From an uncultured Sanguibacteroides sp. (lineage in GTDB: Bacteria; Bacteroidota; Bacteroidia; Bacteroidales; Marinifilaceae), in NCBI RefSeq assembly GCF_900543425.1, contig NZ_UQRQ01000005.1, forward strand, positions 1,597-65,596: a DNA stretch of 64,000 nt, read 5' to 3'. This document shows, piece after piece, positions 27,860 through 37,839 of this stretch. Within the stretch, counting starts at the first letter, position 1. Every line of letters starts with the position of its first letter. The position numbers were made by a program, and so were the translations under genes. The notes under the pieces are model-generated. The model saw only the letters and a program-made list of their open reading frames with translations. It ran no database searches and was not told the DNA's origin.

Positions 27860-27867
27860 ACAATACC

Positions 27868-28356
27868 TTATTTTTTATATTTCCAGACCTTTTGACAATC
27901 AAAACATTTATACGAGGATCTGAAAATAGGAAACAACACGGATAAAATCAGCAGGATGTAAACCATGATTTTATCCGGATCCTTCTTTTTACCTATATTT
28001 GTCGAACCACAAAAAGGACAACAGGTTTTATCCATACCTTTCTCCCATTTCACGATCTTAATCTCTTCCTCCCGATAAAGATCTGCCGGACAAATATAGC
28101 CTCCTTCCTTTAATATCTCTATCCCTTGTTCCAGTTTATCCGTAGGTATCAACAACTTGACTCCACCTATAGCATTAGCGTACATACCGCTCTGGGCCGT
28201 TAATTCATCCTGGATGAATGTCTCTATCCCCTCGGATTCCAAATAATTTTTAGCCATATAAGCCTCCTGAGGATAAGTAAACGTAAGAACTACACTCCAA
28301 TCCATATTTTCTTTATTTAGATTTCCTAATTTAATACTTCCAAACGACTTTTCCAT
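27868..28356 (-). CDS. DUF2007-like domain protein with C-terminal Cys4 ribbon/TM segment
   Basis: 162 aa. VLTFTYPQEAYMAKNYLESEGIETFIQDE...GGVKLLIP pattern, then CCPFCGS...CFDCQ flanking a hydrophobic segment. The true start may be the internal MDWSVV. Confidence 0.5.
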   Translation of the reverse strand: MEKSFGSIKLGNLNKENMDWSVVLTFTYPQEAYMAKNYLESEGIETFIQDELTAQSGMYANAIGGVKLLIPTDKLEQGIEILKEGGYICPADLYREEEIKIVKWEKGMDKTCCPFCGSTNIGKKKDPDKIMVYILLILSVLFPIFRSSYKCFDCQKVWKYKK

Positions 28357-28381
28357 TTATTTCTAAAGGAATTTTATTCGT

Positions 28382-29287
28382 TTACCGGAGATCCCGTTTA
28401 CTTTTTTTATCTTTTCTCCAAAGCTGATATGAGTTGATACTGTTTTGCCACAATACATAAGCGGCAGGCCCTATGGACGAAAGAGGAGACAGATACACCT
28501 GTGCCATCCAGATCGCTAATATCGTATTTTTTTGTCCTAATCCTTGTCCCCCGGCAACAACCTCTCCGTATCGTTTTCCCAACCAACGCCCGAGCAGAAA
28601 CTGAATGCAGCAAAGTAAAAAAGCCGCTACGCCAATAACCACCTCTTCTCCCAATTTCGTATTATCCTGTTGGACTATAAAAGATACGGTCTTACCTGTC
28701 ACGATTGTCAATCCCAGGGTCCATAAATAAAACGAAATACTTTGGTGTTTCTTTAACTGACGATGAATGACGGGTAGAAATTTTTCCAAGAACCAAGCCC
28801 CAGCCAAAGGCAAAATCAATAGAGGAATAACCTGTCCACAGATATAGGAAAAAGAGTCCCAGAAAGGTAAATCCCTATGCGTACCGATACAGGAAAAAAA
28901 CAAAGGAGAGACAAAGGCAACACAGAGATTACTAATCAAAGTATAAGCCGCCAAACAAGCCACATTCCCTCCTAACATCCCGGTTATTACCGTGGCGGCA
29001 ACAGCCGTCGGAGCTAAAATACATATCATCAATCCTTCCGCCAGCAAAGGATCGAAAGGAACCAATAAAGCGTAGACTACAAAACTCCCGATCACCTGAA
29101 CCCCCAACAACCATAAATGTAAACGGGAAAACTTCATATCTCTGAAAGCTAACCGACAATAAGTGACCAGCAACATGCAAAATATCAGGTAAGGAGTCAC
29201 CACGGCCAGTTGACTAAAAAAAGGATTAAATAACCCACCACTTAGCATGGCCAATGGCATCATCCAAATTTTTAAACGTTGTAACAC
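28382..29287 (-). CDS. polytopic membrane transporter, bile acid:Na+ symporter (BASS/SBF)-like fold
   Basis: 301 aa, ~9 TM, GTG start. The family assignment is from general resemblance only. Confidence 0.5.
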   Translation of the reverse strand: MLQRLKIWMMPLAMLSGGLFNPFFSQLAVVTPYLIFCMLLVTYCRLAFRDMKFSRLHLWLLGVQVIGSFVVYALLVPFDPLLAEGLMICILAPTAVAATVITGMLGGNVACLAAYTLISNLCVAFVSPLFFSCIGTHRDLPFWDSFSYICGQVIPLLILPLAGAWFLEKFLPVIHRQLKKHQSISFYLWTLGLTIVTGKTVSFIVQQDNTKLGEEVVIGVAAFLLCCIQFLLGRWLGKRYGEVVAGGQGLGQKNTILAIWMAQVYLSPLSSIGPAAYVLWQNSINSYQLWRKDKKSKRDLR

Positions 29288-29350
29288 GGCAGTAAATTTT
29301 ATACCGCAAAGAAAACGATTATAATTGAAATCTTAAAATAATATATACCC

Positions 29351-30490
29351 CTATCTCGTTAACAACACGTCTGTAATTCTATTATACAAGCGTTCATACA
29401 AGGAAGATTTACGCTGAAAATAAGCTTCTTCGATTTCCTTTATGATCCTCTTCTCAGCAGAATCTACCCACAATCTAAAGATCGGATTAACCCGGTAAGA
29501 AGGAAGAAATTGCAATAATCGATCCATATCGAATTCCGAAGCTTCGACTCCCGCCCCGGCCCGTACGGCATCATAAGCGTTACATCTCTGTTCTACGTGT
29601 ACCGGAACCATTAGAACGGGTTTACGCAAATAAAGCGCCTCGCATATAGACTCAAAACCGGCTGTCGTGGCATAAGCTTTGCAGCCATTCATATAATTTA
29701 GAAATTGTACATCGTTAATCTGATGAAGTGTAAATCCCGGCATTGCTTCCCAAGTTTCCGTAGCCATTTCTTTATCCCAAAAGAAATGAAGCGGTATCTC
29801 CGGATGCATCCGATGCCAACTCATAATATCTAAAACATAACCGCTATTAAGCATATAGCCATGAATGTAATCTCCCTTCACCGGCTTATACTGCAGCACC
29901 TCTTTCCTTAACAGGGGCGGGACAACTATTATACGAGATTTCGACGCATTCGGAAAAGAGTAAAAAGAGAGAGCCAGTTTGCGAGCCGCACCAATCGAAG
30001 TCAACCGGGTAAAAAAACGCAAAGAGGCCAATTCTAAATGAGAAATACGCGGGAATACATAATCATCATGCAAAAACATATATTGATGCCCTATACAGAT
30101 CAAAGGAATATCCGGCGGCATAAATAAATAAGTCAACCCCGTCAATAGCTCGTAAAAGTTTAGTACCATGTCAGGCTGTAACTCCTCCACCCGACGGCGT
30201 ATCAACCGCATACTTTTGACGAAAACCGGTAATTTACGTATATTATAATAAATACTTTTGGCTAACGAAGGACGTTTATTTTGCGCGGAAGGTAAAAAAT
30301 TCGGACTTTCAAACGCCAACACAGGTACATTGATTTTTTGGAGAAAAAAATTCGGAACTTGTCGTGCCTCACTTTTCCCGATTAGAACTTCGACAACTTC
30401 ATCTCCCCGCCTCGTTAACATCTCCCGCATAACAAGAGCTTGTGTGAAATGTCCCCGTCCCTCTCCCTGAATAATAAAAACAAAACGCAT
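29351..30490 (-). CDS. glycosyltransferase (GT-B, MGDG-synthase/GT28-like)
   Basis: 379 aa. MRFVFIIQGEGRGHFTQAL N-terminal G-loop. C-terminal ...TTAGFESICEALYLRKPVLMVP sugar-nucleotide binding motif. Confidence 0.7.
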   Translation of the reverse strand: MRFVFIIQGEGRGHFTQALVMREMLTRRGDEVVEVLIGKSEARQVPNFFLQKINVPVLAFESPNFLPSAQNKRPSLAKSIYYNIRKLPVFVKSMRLIRRRVEELQPDMVLNFYELLTGLTYLFMPPDIPLICIGHQYMFLHDDYVFPRISHLELASLRFFTRLTSIGAARKLALSFYSFPNASKSRIIVVPPLLRKEVLQYKPVKGDYIHGYMLNSGYVLDIMSWHRMHPEIPLHFFWDKEMATETWEAMPGFTLHQINDVQFLNYMNGCKAYATTAGFESICEALYLRKPVLMVPVHVEQRCNAYDAVRAGAGVEASEFDMDRLLQFLPSYRVNPIFRLWVDSAEKRIIKEIEEAYFQRKSSLYERLYNRITDVLLTR

Positions 30491-30500
30491 ACGAATCCTA

Positions 30501-31292
30501 TTAAGCCGTAATTTTGAATGCCTCTCTCTCCATTTTCAACGCAGTATTTTCCTCATAACTATAGATTTCCCAACGCCCGTCAGGATACTCCAACAAAGCA
30601 CTCAACGATTCGACCCAGTCCCCGGAATTCAAATAATGAATATTCCCGTAATACCTGTCAGCAGGCTGGTGAATATGTCCGCAAATAATGCCGTCAAAAT
30701 GACGACTCTCGGCAATAGACGCCAACTCTTTTTCAAAATCAGAAATATAGGAAACGGCTGATTTTACCCGATGCTTAATCGATTGAGAAAAAGAATAATA
30801 AGGTTTACCCCGCTTCCGCCTGTATTGATTAAGCACACGATTCAACCACAATAAAAAAGTATACCCGTAGTCCCCTAATTTCGCCAACCAAATCATATGG
30901 GTCGTAATATGATCGAAAACATCCCCGTGTGTCACATAGTATCGTTTCCCGTGAGAAACATGAATATAATCCTTTACTACCGAAATATTAGACAAAGTCA
31001 ACGGAGTTAATTTGTCTAAAAAGTCATCATGATTTCCACGTACATAAATCACTTCGGTTCCGTAATTTTCCATCATTTTCATGATCACCTTGATCAGATT
31101 CGTATAGGATTGTTTCCAGCGACCGAACGGATTCCTTTGTAATTTCCAACCGTCGATAATATCACCATTCAAAATCAATTTATCACAATCCACACTTTTA
31201 AGGAAGCTTGTCAGCTCTTCCACTTTCGAATGTTCTGATCCCAAATGTACATCCGACAGGATCACCGTTGCAAATTTTAATCTGTTTGTCAT
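30501..31292 (-). CDS. UDP-2,3-diacylglucosamine diphosphatase-like metallophosphoesterase (LpxH family)
   Basis: The track start at 31316 is TTG. I prefer the ATG at 31292 (MTNRLKFATVILSDVHLG). Metallophosphoesterase motifs DVHLG, GDIIDG, GNHD, GH.H. Confidence 0.75.
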   Translation of the reverse strand: MTNRLKFATVILSDVHLGSEHSKVEELTSFLKSVDCDKLILNGDIIDGWKLQRNPFGRWKQSYTNLIKVIMKMMENYGTEVIYVRGNHDDFLDKLTPLTLSNISVVKDYIHVSHGKRYYVTHGDVFDHITTHMIWLAKLGDYGYTFLLWLNRVLNQYRRKRGKPYYSFSQSIKHRVKSAVSYISDFEKELASIAESRHFDGIICGHIHQPADRYYGNIHYLNSGDWVESLSALLEYPDGRWEIYSYEENTALKMEREAFKITA

Positions 31293-31371
31293 AATTTCTT
31301 CTATCTTCTCCAACAAAATAACAAGTATTTTGTTACGAATAGATGTAGAAACAATGACTATATCATGACGT

Positions 31372-31800
31372 TTATTCCTCCAATACCATCACAAACTCTT
31401 CATGCCCAGTCATTTCTTCAATTTGTCGCTTCAATATTTTAAAACCATGACGTCCATAAAATTCAACCGCCGAGATATTTTTCGCGAAAACATTCAATTC
31501 CAGTCGTTCATATTTTCCTTTTGCAAATTGAATCAAAGTACTCCCTATCCCCGTTTTTTGCCTGTCGGGGCTCACAAACAAAGCCGCAATATAATTCCCG
31601 ACCAGAGATATAAAACCATCGATCTTCCCATTTTCCCCTTCATATATCCAGGTCTCGCTCGAAGGCAAATAGTAATTCTTCATCTTCTCGACCTGTTCTA
31701 TCCAAAAACTTTCCGGAATAAAATCATGAGCAAGAAAAGAGGCATCCAACCATATTTTTACAAGAGCCTCTCCATCCGAAATCGTATATTTACGAATCAT
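31372..31800 (-). CDS. GNAT-family N-acetyltransferase
   Basis: The internal ATG at 31800 (MIRKYTISDGEAL...) avoids overlap with the divergent gene. Acetyl-CoA motif RQKTGIGSTLI. Confidence 0.75.
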   Translation of the reverse strand: MIRKYTISDGEALVKIWLDASFLAHDFIPESFWIEQVEKMKNYYLPSSETWIYEGENGKIDGFISLVGNYIAALFVSPDRQKTGIGSTLIQFAKGKYERLELNVFAKNISAVEFYGRHGFKILKRQIEEMTGHEEFVMVLEE

Positions 31801-31872
31801 ATTATTTCTTTTACCAGATAAAGATAATAATTTTTCGTATGTTTGAAAATCAAACTTCAATTCATTTTATGT

Positions 31873-33051
31873 ATGATTCTGACCCAGTCTATCATTGATT
31901 TTATTAAACTCCACGAGAACGACAACACGGATAAATTACTACTTTCAGCCTCTAAATATCCTGAAATCAATATACCCTTAATCGTGGATCAAATCATTGC
32001 CAGACGGCAAATAAAAGAAAAACTGCCTTCCTGGTACGCTTGCCGGGAATTATTTTATCCCTCCCGTTTAGCTACAGAACAATGCTCATCCGAGATCACG
32101 GCAGAATACAAGCAAAAACTAACTCGAGGAAACACGCTATGCGATCTTACCGGCGGTTTAGGGATAGACTCATTCTATTTTTCAAAGCAAGTAAAAAAAG
32201 TGATCTACACGGAACGGTTTTCCGATTATTGCGAAGCGGCAAAACACAATTTCAGCATATTAGAAGCGAACAATATCCAGATTCTAAATCAAGAAGCCGG
32301 AGAAGTTGCCGAATCCGTTAAGGTAGATACCTTTTACATAGATCCGGCTCGCAGAACGGAAGGTAATAAACGGGTGTTCGCTTTATCCGAATGCGAACCG
32401 GATGTACTACAATTAAAACCCCTTTTGTTAGATAATGCCCAACGGGTTATTATCAAGATTTCGCCTATGGCCGATATCATGGAGACGCTGAGGCTGCTAC
32501 CGGAGACCGCTGAAATTCATGTACTTTCTGTCAGAAACGAATGCAAAGAACTTTTATACGTGTTGGAAAACGAAAAAAGAAACGCTGATCCCGTTGTCTC
32601 TACTTTCAACGTCACCTCTACCGGAAAAAAACAACTCTTTGGATTTCAACTTTCTGCCGAAAAGGAAACAGAAATAACCTATACTCCGAACATTAAAAAA
32701 TTTTTATATGAACCCAACAGCTCCATATTAAAAGCCGGAGCTTTTAAATTGCCCGCAAAACGTTTTAATGCAGAAAAATTACACCCACACAGCCATCTCT
32801 ATACTTCCGACCTATGGATTGAAGACTTCCCCGGAAGAAAATTCGTGGTCGACAAGGTCTTCGGTTTTTCCGGGAAAGGATTAAAACAACTCTACCGAAC
32901 CATTCCGCAAGCCAACATAACAACAAGAAATTTCAATTTATCGGTGAAAGATTTACGTCAAAAAAGTAAAATCACGGAAGGTGGTCCTATATACTTATTT
33001 GCAACTACATTATATCCGAATACTCCCGTTCTTGTTCAATGCCATAAATAA
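31873..33051 (+). CDS. class I SAM-dependent methyltransferase with THUMP-like N-terminal region
   Basis: The track start at 31843 is TTG. ATG at 31873 (MILTQSIIDFIKLHE...). SAM motif I LCDLTGGLGIDSF. Confidence 0.7.
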   Translation: MILTQSIIDFIKLHENDNTDKLLLSASKYPEINIPLIVDQIIARRQIKEKLPSWYACRELFYPSRLATEQCSSEITAEYKQKLTRGNTLCDLTGGLGIDSFYFSKQVKKVIYTERFSDYCEAAKHNFSILEANNIQILNQEAGEVAESVKVDTFYIDPARRTEGNKRVFALSECEPDVLQLKPLLLDNAQRVIIKISPMADIMETLRLLPETAEIHVLSVRNECKELLYVLENEKRNADPVVSTFNVTSTGKKQLFGFQLSAEKETEITYTPNIKKFLYEPNSSILKAGAFKLPAKRFNAEKLHPHSHLYTSDLWIEDFPGRKFVVDKVFGFSGKGLKQLYRTIPQANITTRNFNLSVKDLRQKSKITEGGPIYLFATTLYPNTPVLVQCHK

Positions 33052-33128
33052 ACTCCAAAACCATCGCCATCTTCAACTTTTTTATCCAATACTCGTATCA
33101 TTGAAAAGAACGATAATTAGAAAAAAAG

Positions 33129-34313
33129 ATGAAGATAAAAACGGGACAAGGAAGCATCTCCCTATTCGCTCTATTGGCCATCTACTCCATATCTATGGTA
33201 ACTTCATTACCGGGCTTGGCTATTTCCCCTATACTCGGATCTCTTGAAACCATTTTTAAAGGTGCAAGCGATTTACAATTACAAATGCTGGAATCACTTC
33301 CCTCTTTTATCATCGTCCCTTTTATCCTTTTGGCCGGTAAACTATCCATGCACGCGAATCAGAAAAAAGTCTTAATTATCGGATTAGGTATATTTTTCGG
33401 ATGCAGCATTATCTATCCGTTTGCAAATACCTTAAGCCTTCTATTGATAATCAGTGCATTATTAGGCATAGGTGCCGGAATGGTTATTCCATTCTCAACA
33501 GGTTTGATCGCAGATTACTTTACAGGCAAATACCGAACAAAACAGTTAGGCATAGTCTCTTCCATAACAAACATCACGTTAGTCTTGGCCACCTTACTGT
33601 CCGGTATTCTGGCCGATATCAATTGGCATTATTCCTTTCTGGTCTATTGCCTATCCGGGATATCCCTTTTGTTTGCCTTTAAACTGAAAAATGATCCGCC
33701 TTCCAATATAAAGGCGAAACCGACACCACATAAATCTTTTGCACTTCAGTGGCCTGTCGGTCTGATGTTATTCTATTACCTTATCACGATCCTCGCTTTG
33801 ACCATTCCATTTAATCTGGCCCTTTACATGGAAAACCTACACATTGGAAAATCCGATACATCGGGAAGCCTTATTTCGGTCTTCTTTCTGTCCATGACTC
33901 TTCCCGGCTTTTTCATCAACAAAGTCATATCCTGGTTCAAGACCTATACAAATTTTATAGCAATGGCATCTATTACGGTAGGACTAATTTTATTCGCCAT
34001 TAGAAGCGATCTGTTTACTCTTATTTTAGGAGTAATTCTAATCGGTTTGGGGTACGGATGCATGCAACCCATCATTTATGATAAAACAGCCAATAGCTCC
34101 TCTCATCCGACTTACGCTCTTGCGCTGGTCATGTCAATGAATTATATTGCTATCATTACCTATCCCTTCATACTCCGGGGGCTGGGAAATCTATTTGCAA
34201 CAGATTCATCCTATTTCCCCTTTGTATTGAATATGTTTATTAGTGCCGGCTTTACCCTGTTTATCTACTTCCGTCGAAAAACAAAAACAGTAGGAATTTC
34301 TTCGGATGAGTGA
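33129..34313 (+). CDS. MFS transporter
   Basis: 394 aa, ~12 TM. Confidence 0.75.
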   Translation: MKIKTGQGSISLFALLAIYSISMVTSLPGLAISPILGSLETIFKGASDLQLQMLESLPSFIIVPFILLAGKLSMHANQKKVLIIGLGIFFGCSIIYPFANTLSLLLIISALLGIGAGMVIPFSTGLIADYFTGKYRTKQLGIVSSITNITLVLATLLSGILADINWHYSFLVYCLSGISLLFAFKLKNDPPSNIKAKPTPHKSFALQWPVGLMLFYYLITILALTIPFNLALYMENLHIGKSDTSGSLISVFFLSMTLPGFFINKVISWFKTYTNFIAMASITVGLILFAIRSDLFTLILGVILIGLGYGCMQPIIYDKTANSSSHPTYALALVMSMNYIAIITYPFILRGLGNLFATDSSYFPFVLNMFISAGFTLFIYFRRKTKTVGISSDE

Positions 34314-34450
34314 TAAATCTTTGTCAAAGTTAAATATTGTGAGGAATTAAACCTTCATCCCTGTTTCCCGTACTTACTTTGAATACAAACAAAGCTTTAT
34401 AAATTATAGAACAATATTCTAAATTAATTAACCAAACTTCAATTTAAATT

Positions 34451-36028
34451 ATGGCAACAAATTCAAACAAAAAGGGTTCCGTAGCAAAGCTCAGCGTTAT
34501 GACTTTAGCAATCATGAACGTGGCAGCCGTAGTAAGTCTTCGGGGACTACCTGCAGAAGCTGAATACGGATTAAGCTCTGCATTTTATTATTTGTTTGCA
34601 GCTATCGTATTTCTTGTTCCAACGGCTTTAGTCGCCGCCGAATTAGCTGCAATGTTTTCACAAAAGCAAGGTGGAGTTTTCCGTTGGGTCGGCGAAGCTT
34701 ATGGAAAACGATTCGGTTTTTTGGCTATTTTTCTCCAATGGATCGAGAGTACCATCTGGTATCCGACAGTATTAACCTTCGGTGCCGTATCCATTGCCTA
34801 TATAGGGATGAACCCGACAGGAGATGCTTTATTAGCCTCCAATAAGGTCTTCACCTTAGTTACCGTATTAATTATCTACTGGGTCGCTACCTTCATCTCA
34901 CTAAAAGGATTAGGATGGGTCGGGAAAGTCTCCAAGATAGGTGCCATGGTAGGAACAATCATCCCTGCCGCCCTATTGATCATTTTCGGAATCATCTACA
35001 TCTCAACAGGTGGCCATAACAATATGGACATGAGTCAAGGTTTCTTTCCGGATTTGGCAAACTTCGATAACCTGGTTTTAGCCTCAGGTATATTTCTCTT
35101 TTATGCCGGTATGGAGATGATGGGTATTCACGTGATGGAAGTAACCCCTCCTGCCGCCAAAAACTATCCGAAAGCAATCTTCATCGGAGCCGGAATCACG
35201 GTTCTGATCTTCGTTTTAGGAACCTTCTCTTTAGGCTTGATCATTCCTGCAAAAGACATCAATCTGACACAGAGCTTGTTGGTAGGATTTGACAATTATT
35301 TGAGATACCTCCACATAAGCTGGGCCTCTCCAATCATTGCCATCGCCCTTATGTTCGGAGTACTGGCAGGAGTATTGACCTGGGTTGCCGGTCCGTCAAA
35401 AGGTATCTTTACCGTGGGTAAAGCCGGATATTTGCCTCCCTTCTTCCAAAAAACCAATAAAATAGGCGTACAAAAAAATATTCTATTCGTACAGGGAGGA
35501 GTCGTAACGATTCTGGCCTTATTATTCGTCGTTATGCCGTCCGTACAATCTTTCTATCAGATTCTTTCTCAATTGACAGTACTTCTATACCTGATCATGT
35601 ATCTATTGATGTTTTCAGGAGCCATTGTACTGCGTTACAAAATGAAAAAGGCAGAACGTCCCTTTGCCATCGGTAGAAAAGGCAACGGCCTGATATGGAT
35701 TATCGGCGGACTCGGATTCTGTGGAGCCTTGCTCGCCTTTATATTGAGTTTTATTCCGCCTTCCCAGATCAATACCGGTAGCAACACCGTTTGGTTCTCC
35801 GTTCTGATCATCGGATGTGTCGTTGTTGTCGCAACTCCGTTCATTATCTATGCTTCCCGGAAACCTTCCTGGAAAGACCCGAATGCGGATATCGAACCTT
35901 TCCACTGGGAAGAAACACCGGCTGTTGCTACAGCATCGGCCACGACCACAGCTTCCGCACCGGCACAACCAAACACAAAGCCGAATACAACAACAGACAA
36001 TACGACACCAACTACAGATAAAAAATAA
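34451..36028 (+). CDS. gadC: APC-family amino-acid antiporter, glutamate:GABA antiporter-like
   Basis: 525 aa and 12 TM, sitting in a cluster with glutaminase and glutamate decarboxylase. Low-complexity T/P/A tail at the C-terminus. Confidence 0.75.
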   Translation: MATNSNKKGSVAKLSVMTLAIMNVAAVVSLRGLPAEAEYGLSSAFYYLFAAIVFLVPTALVAAELAAMFSQKQGGVFRWVGEAYGKRFGFLAIFLQWIESTIWYPTVLTFGAVSIAYIGMNPTGDALLASNKVFTLVTVLIIYWVATFISLKGLGWVGKVSKIGAMVGTIIPAALLIIFGIIYISTGGHNNMDMSQGFFPDLANFDNLVLASGIFLFYAGMEMMGIHVMEVTPPAAKNYPKAIFIGAGITVLIFVLGTFSLGLIIPAKDINLTQSLLVGFDNYLRYLHISWASPIIAIALMFGVLAGVLTWVAGPSKGIFTVGKAGYLPPFFQKTNKIGVQKNILFVQGGVVTILALLFVVMPSVQSFYQILSQLTVLLYLIMYLLMFSGAIVLRYKMKKAERPFAIGRKGNGLIWIIGGLGFCGALLAFILSFIPPSQINTGSNTVWFSVLIIGCVVVVATPFIIYASRKPSWKDPNADIEPFHWEETPAVATASATTTASAPAQPNTKPNTTTDNTTPTTDKK

Positions 36029-36049
36029 ACTAAACTAAAAAACAAGCAC

Positions 36050-37015
36050 ATGAAACAGACTATCAAATTGTCAGACCTTAAGGCTGTTGTCGCCGAGGCC
36101 CATGAAAAACTAAAGGGATTGAAGGGAGGAGCCAACGCAAACTACATCCCTTTTTTGGCAAAAATCGACCCTAATCTGTTCGGAATAGCCATATGTCTCC
36201 CCTCAGGAGAAATTATTGAAGCAGGAGACACCAATTATGTTTTCGGTATCGAATCCATTTCTAAAGTACATACGGCCGTTCTGGTCTTACGCCAATATGG
36301 AGCCGAAACCCTACTGGAAAAGATCGGTGCTGATGCGACCGGATTACCTTTTAACTCAATTATGGCTATCTTATTGGAAAAAGATCATCCGAGTACACCT
36401 CTCGTAAACTCGGGAGCAATTGCCGCCGATAGTATGGTTAAGCCTGTCGGAGACAGTAACGCCAAATGGGCCGCAATCATCGATAACATGACCGACCTCT
36501 GCGGTAGTGAACTGATCCTACAGGATGAACTCTACAAATCAGAAACTGCCACAAACTTTAATAACCGCTCGATCGCTTGGTTATTAAAAAATTACAATCG
36601 AATATACGACGATCCGGATATGTCTCTTGACCTCTATACCCGTCAATGTTCTATGGGAGTGACAGCCAAGCAACTGGCTATCGCCGGATGTACCATTGCC
36701 AATAAAGGTAAAAACCCCGTAACGGGCAAACAGGTATTCGATGAAAAATTAGCCCCGCAAATCGTTTCTTTAATCGCTACTGTCGGTTTCTACGAACATA
36801 CCGGAGACTGGCTTTATACAAGCGGTATTCCTGCAAAAACAGGAGTTGGCGGAGGCGTTATGGGTACGCTCCCCGGAGGATTCGGTATTGCAGCCTTTGC
36901 CCCTCCCCTGGACGATGCGGGAAATTCGGTAAAAGCGCAAGCTGCCATTAAATACATCGCTCAAAAATTGAAAGTAAATGTATTTAATGGAAATAGCATA
37001 GAAATTACAGAATAA
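36050..37015 (+). CDS. glsA: glutaminase A
   Basis: 321 aa. FGIESISKV (serine-lysine catalytic motif of the beta-lactamase-like glutaminase fold), NSGAI and AKTGVGGGV motifs. Confidence 0.9.
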   Translation: MKQTIKLSDLKAVVAEAHEKLKGLKGGANANYIPFLAKIDPNLFGIAICLPSGEIIEAGDTNYVFGIESISKVHTAVLVLRQYGAETLLEKIGADATGLPFNSIMAILLEKDHPSTPLVNSGAIAADSMVKPVGDSNAKWAAIIDNMTDLCGSELILQDELYKSETATNFNNRSIAWLLKNYNRIYDDPDMSLDLYTRQCSMGVTAKQLAIAGCTIANKGKNPVTGKQVFDEKLAPQIVSLIATVGFYEHTGDWLYTSGIPAKTGVGGGVMGTLPGGFGIAAFAPPLDDAGNSVKAQAAIKYIAQKLKVNVFNGNSIEITE

Positions 37016-37099
37016 AATCTGTTTCAGTTTATAATTTTGGGATTTATGGCAAGACAAATACGATCTCTTCTGTAAATCCCAATTATACATAAATATACT

Positions 37100-37774
37100 A
37101 TGGAACCAAGAAGCAAAGTATTAGAAAAAATCCTTAACGCTCTTGTACTGGTCGGAAGTATCGCCATTATCATCGTTATATCCATCGAGTTACTATCCCC
37201 GGAAAACACATTAAGCGAACAATTTATACTTCATTTTCATCTATGGGTCTGTTCCATCTTCCTGGCTGATTTCTTTGTTCGATGGTATACAGACAGGTGG
37301 AGTAAACGCTTTTTTTTCCATAACCTGTTTTTTCTACTTGTATCCATTCCCTATCTCAACATTGTCCATGCTATAACCACAACTATCTCCCACGGCCTTT
37401 GGTTGACGTTAAGATTAATTCCCTTGGCCCGAGGAATATATGGAGTATCACTTATCGTAGGATGGATGAGCCGCAGTAAGGTCACCAATTTATTTGCAAC
37501 ATACCTGACCATCCTATTTACAACCATCTATTTTTGCAGTATTCTCTTTTTCTTTATGGAACATGGCGTCAATCCTATGGTCAAAAACTATTGGGACGCT
37601 TTCAATTGGGCCCTTATGAATGTCACCACAGTAGGTTCCAATATCTTTGGAGTTACAAAAATAGGACAGTCCCTTGCAGTCATTTTAGCTGCCGCAGGCA
37701 TGATCTTTTTCCCGATCTTCACGGCATACGTCACCACTAAATTTCAGGCCAAACGAAAAGAAGCTGAAAAGTAA
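37100..37774 (+). CDS. ion-channel protein (K+ channel-like pore domain, non-canonical filter)
   Basis: 224 aa, 5-6 TM, pore loop WALMNVTTVGSNIFG (TVGSN instead of TVGYG). Confidence 0.65.
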   Translation: MEPRSKVLEKILNALVLVGSIAIIIVISIELLSPENTLSEQFILHFHLWVCSIFLADFFVRWYTDRWSKRFFFHNLFFLLVSIPYLNIVHAITTTISHGLWLTLRLIPLARGIYGVSLIVGWMSRSKVTNLFATYLTILFTTIYFCSILFFFMEHGVNPMVKNYWDAFNWALMNVTTVGSNIFGVTKIGQSLAVILAAAGMIFFPIFTAYVTTKFQAKRKEAEK

Positions 37775-37832
37775 TCCTCGGGGACGGTTCTCAAGGTTTA
37801 AAAACATACCTTGAGAACCGTCCCCGAGGATT
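37773..37832. repeat. GC-rich palindromic element, copy 1 (25-bp perfect stem); bidirectional terminator candidate
   Basis: AATCCTCGGGGACGGTTCTCAAGGT - 10 nt - ACCTTGAGAACCGTCCCCGAGGATT, between the convergent channel and ferritin-like genes. Confidence 0.85.
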
Positions 37833-37839
37833 ATAATAA

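Noticed and set aside
35615-36135. Cluster of overlapping ORFs on both strands (35615..35968, 35635..35844, 35791..36021, 35817..36038, 35848..36135)
   Set aside because: They are generated by the low-complexity T/P/A-coding tail of gadC and the start of glsA. The gadC and glsA frames have clear family motifs.
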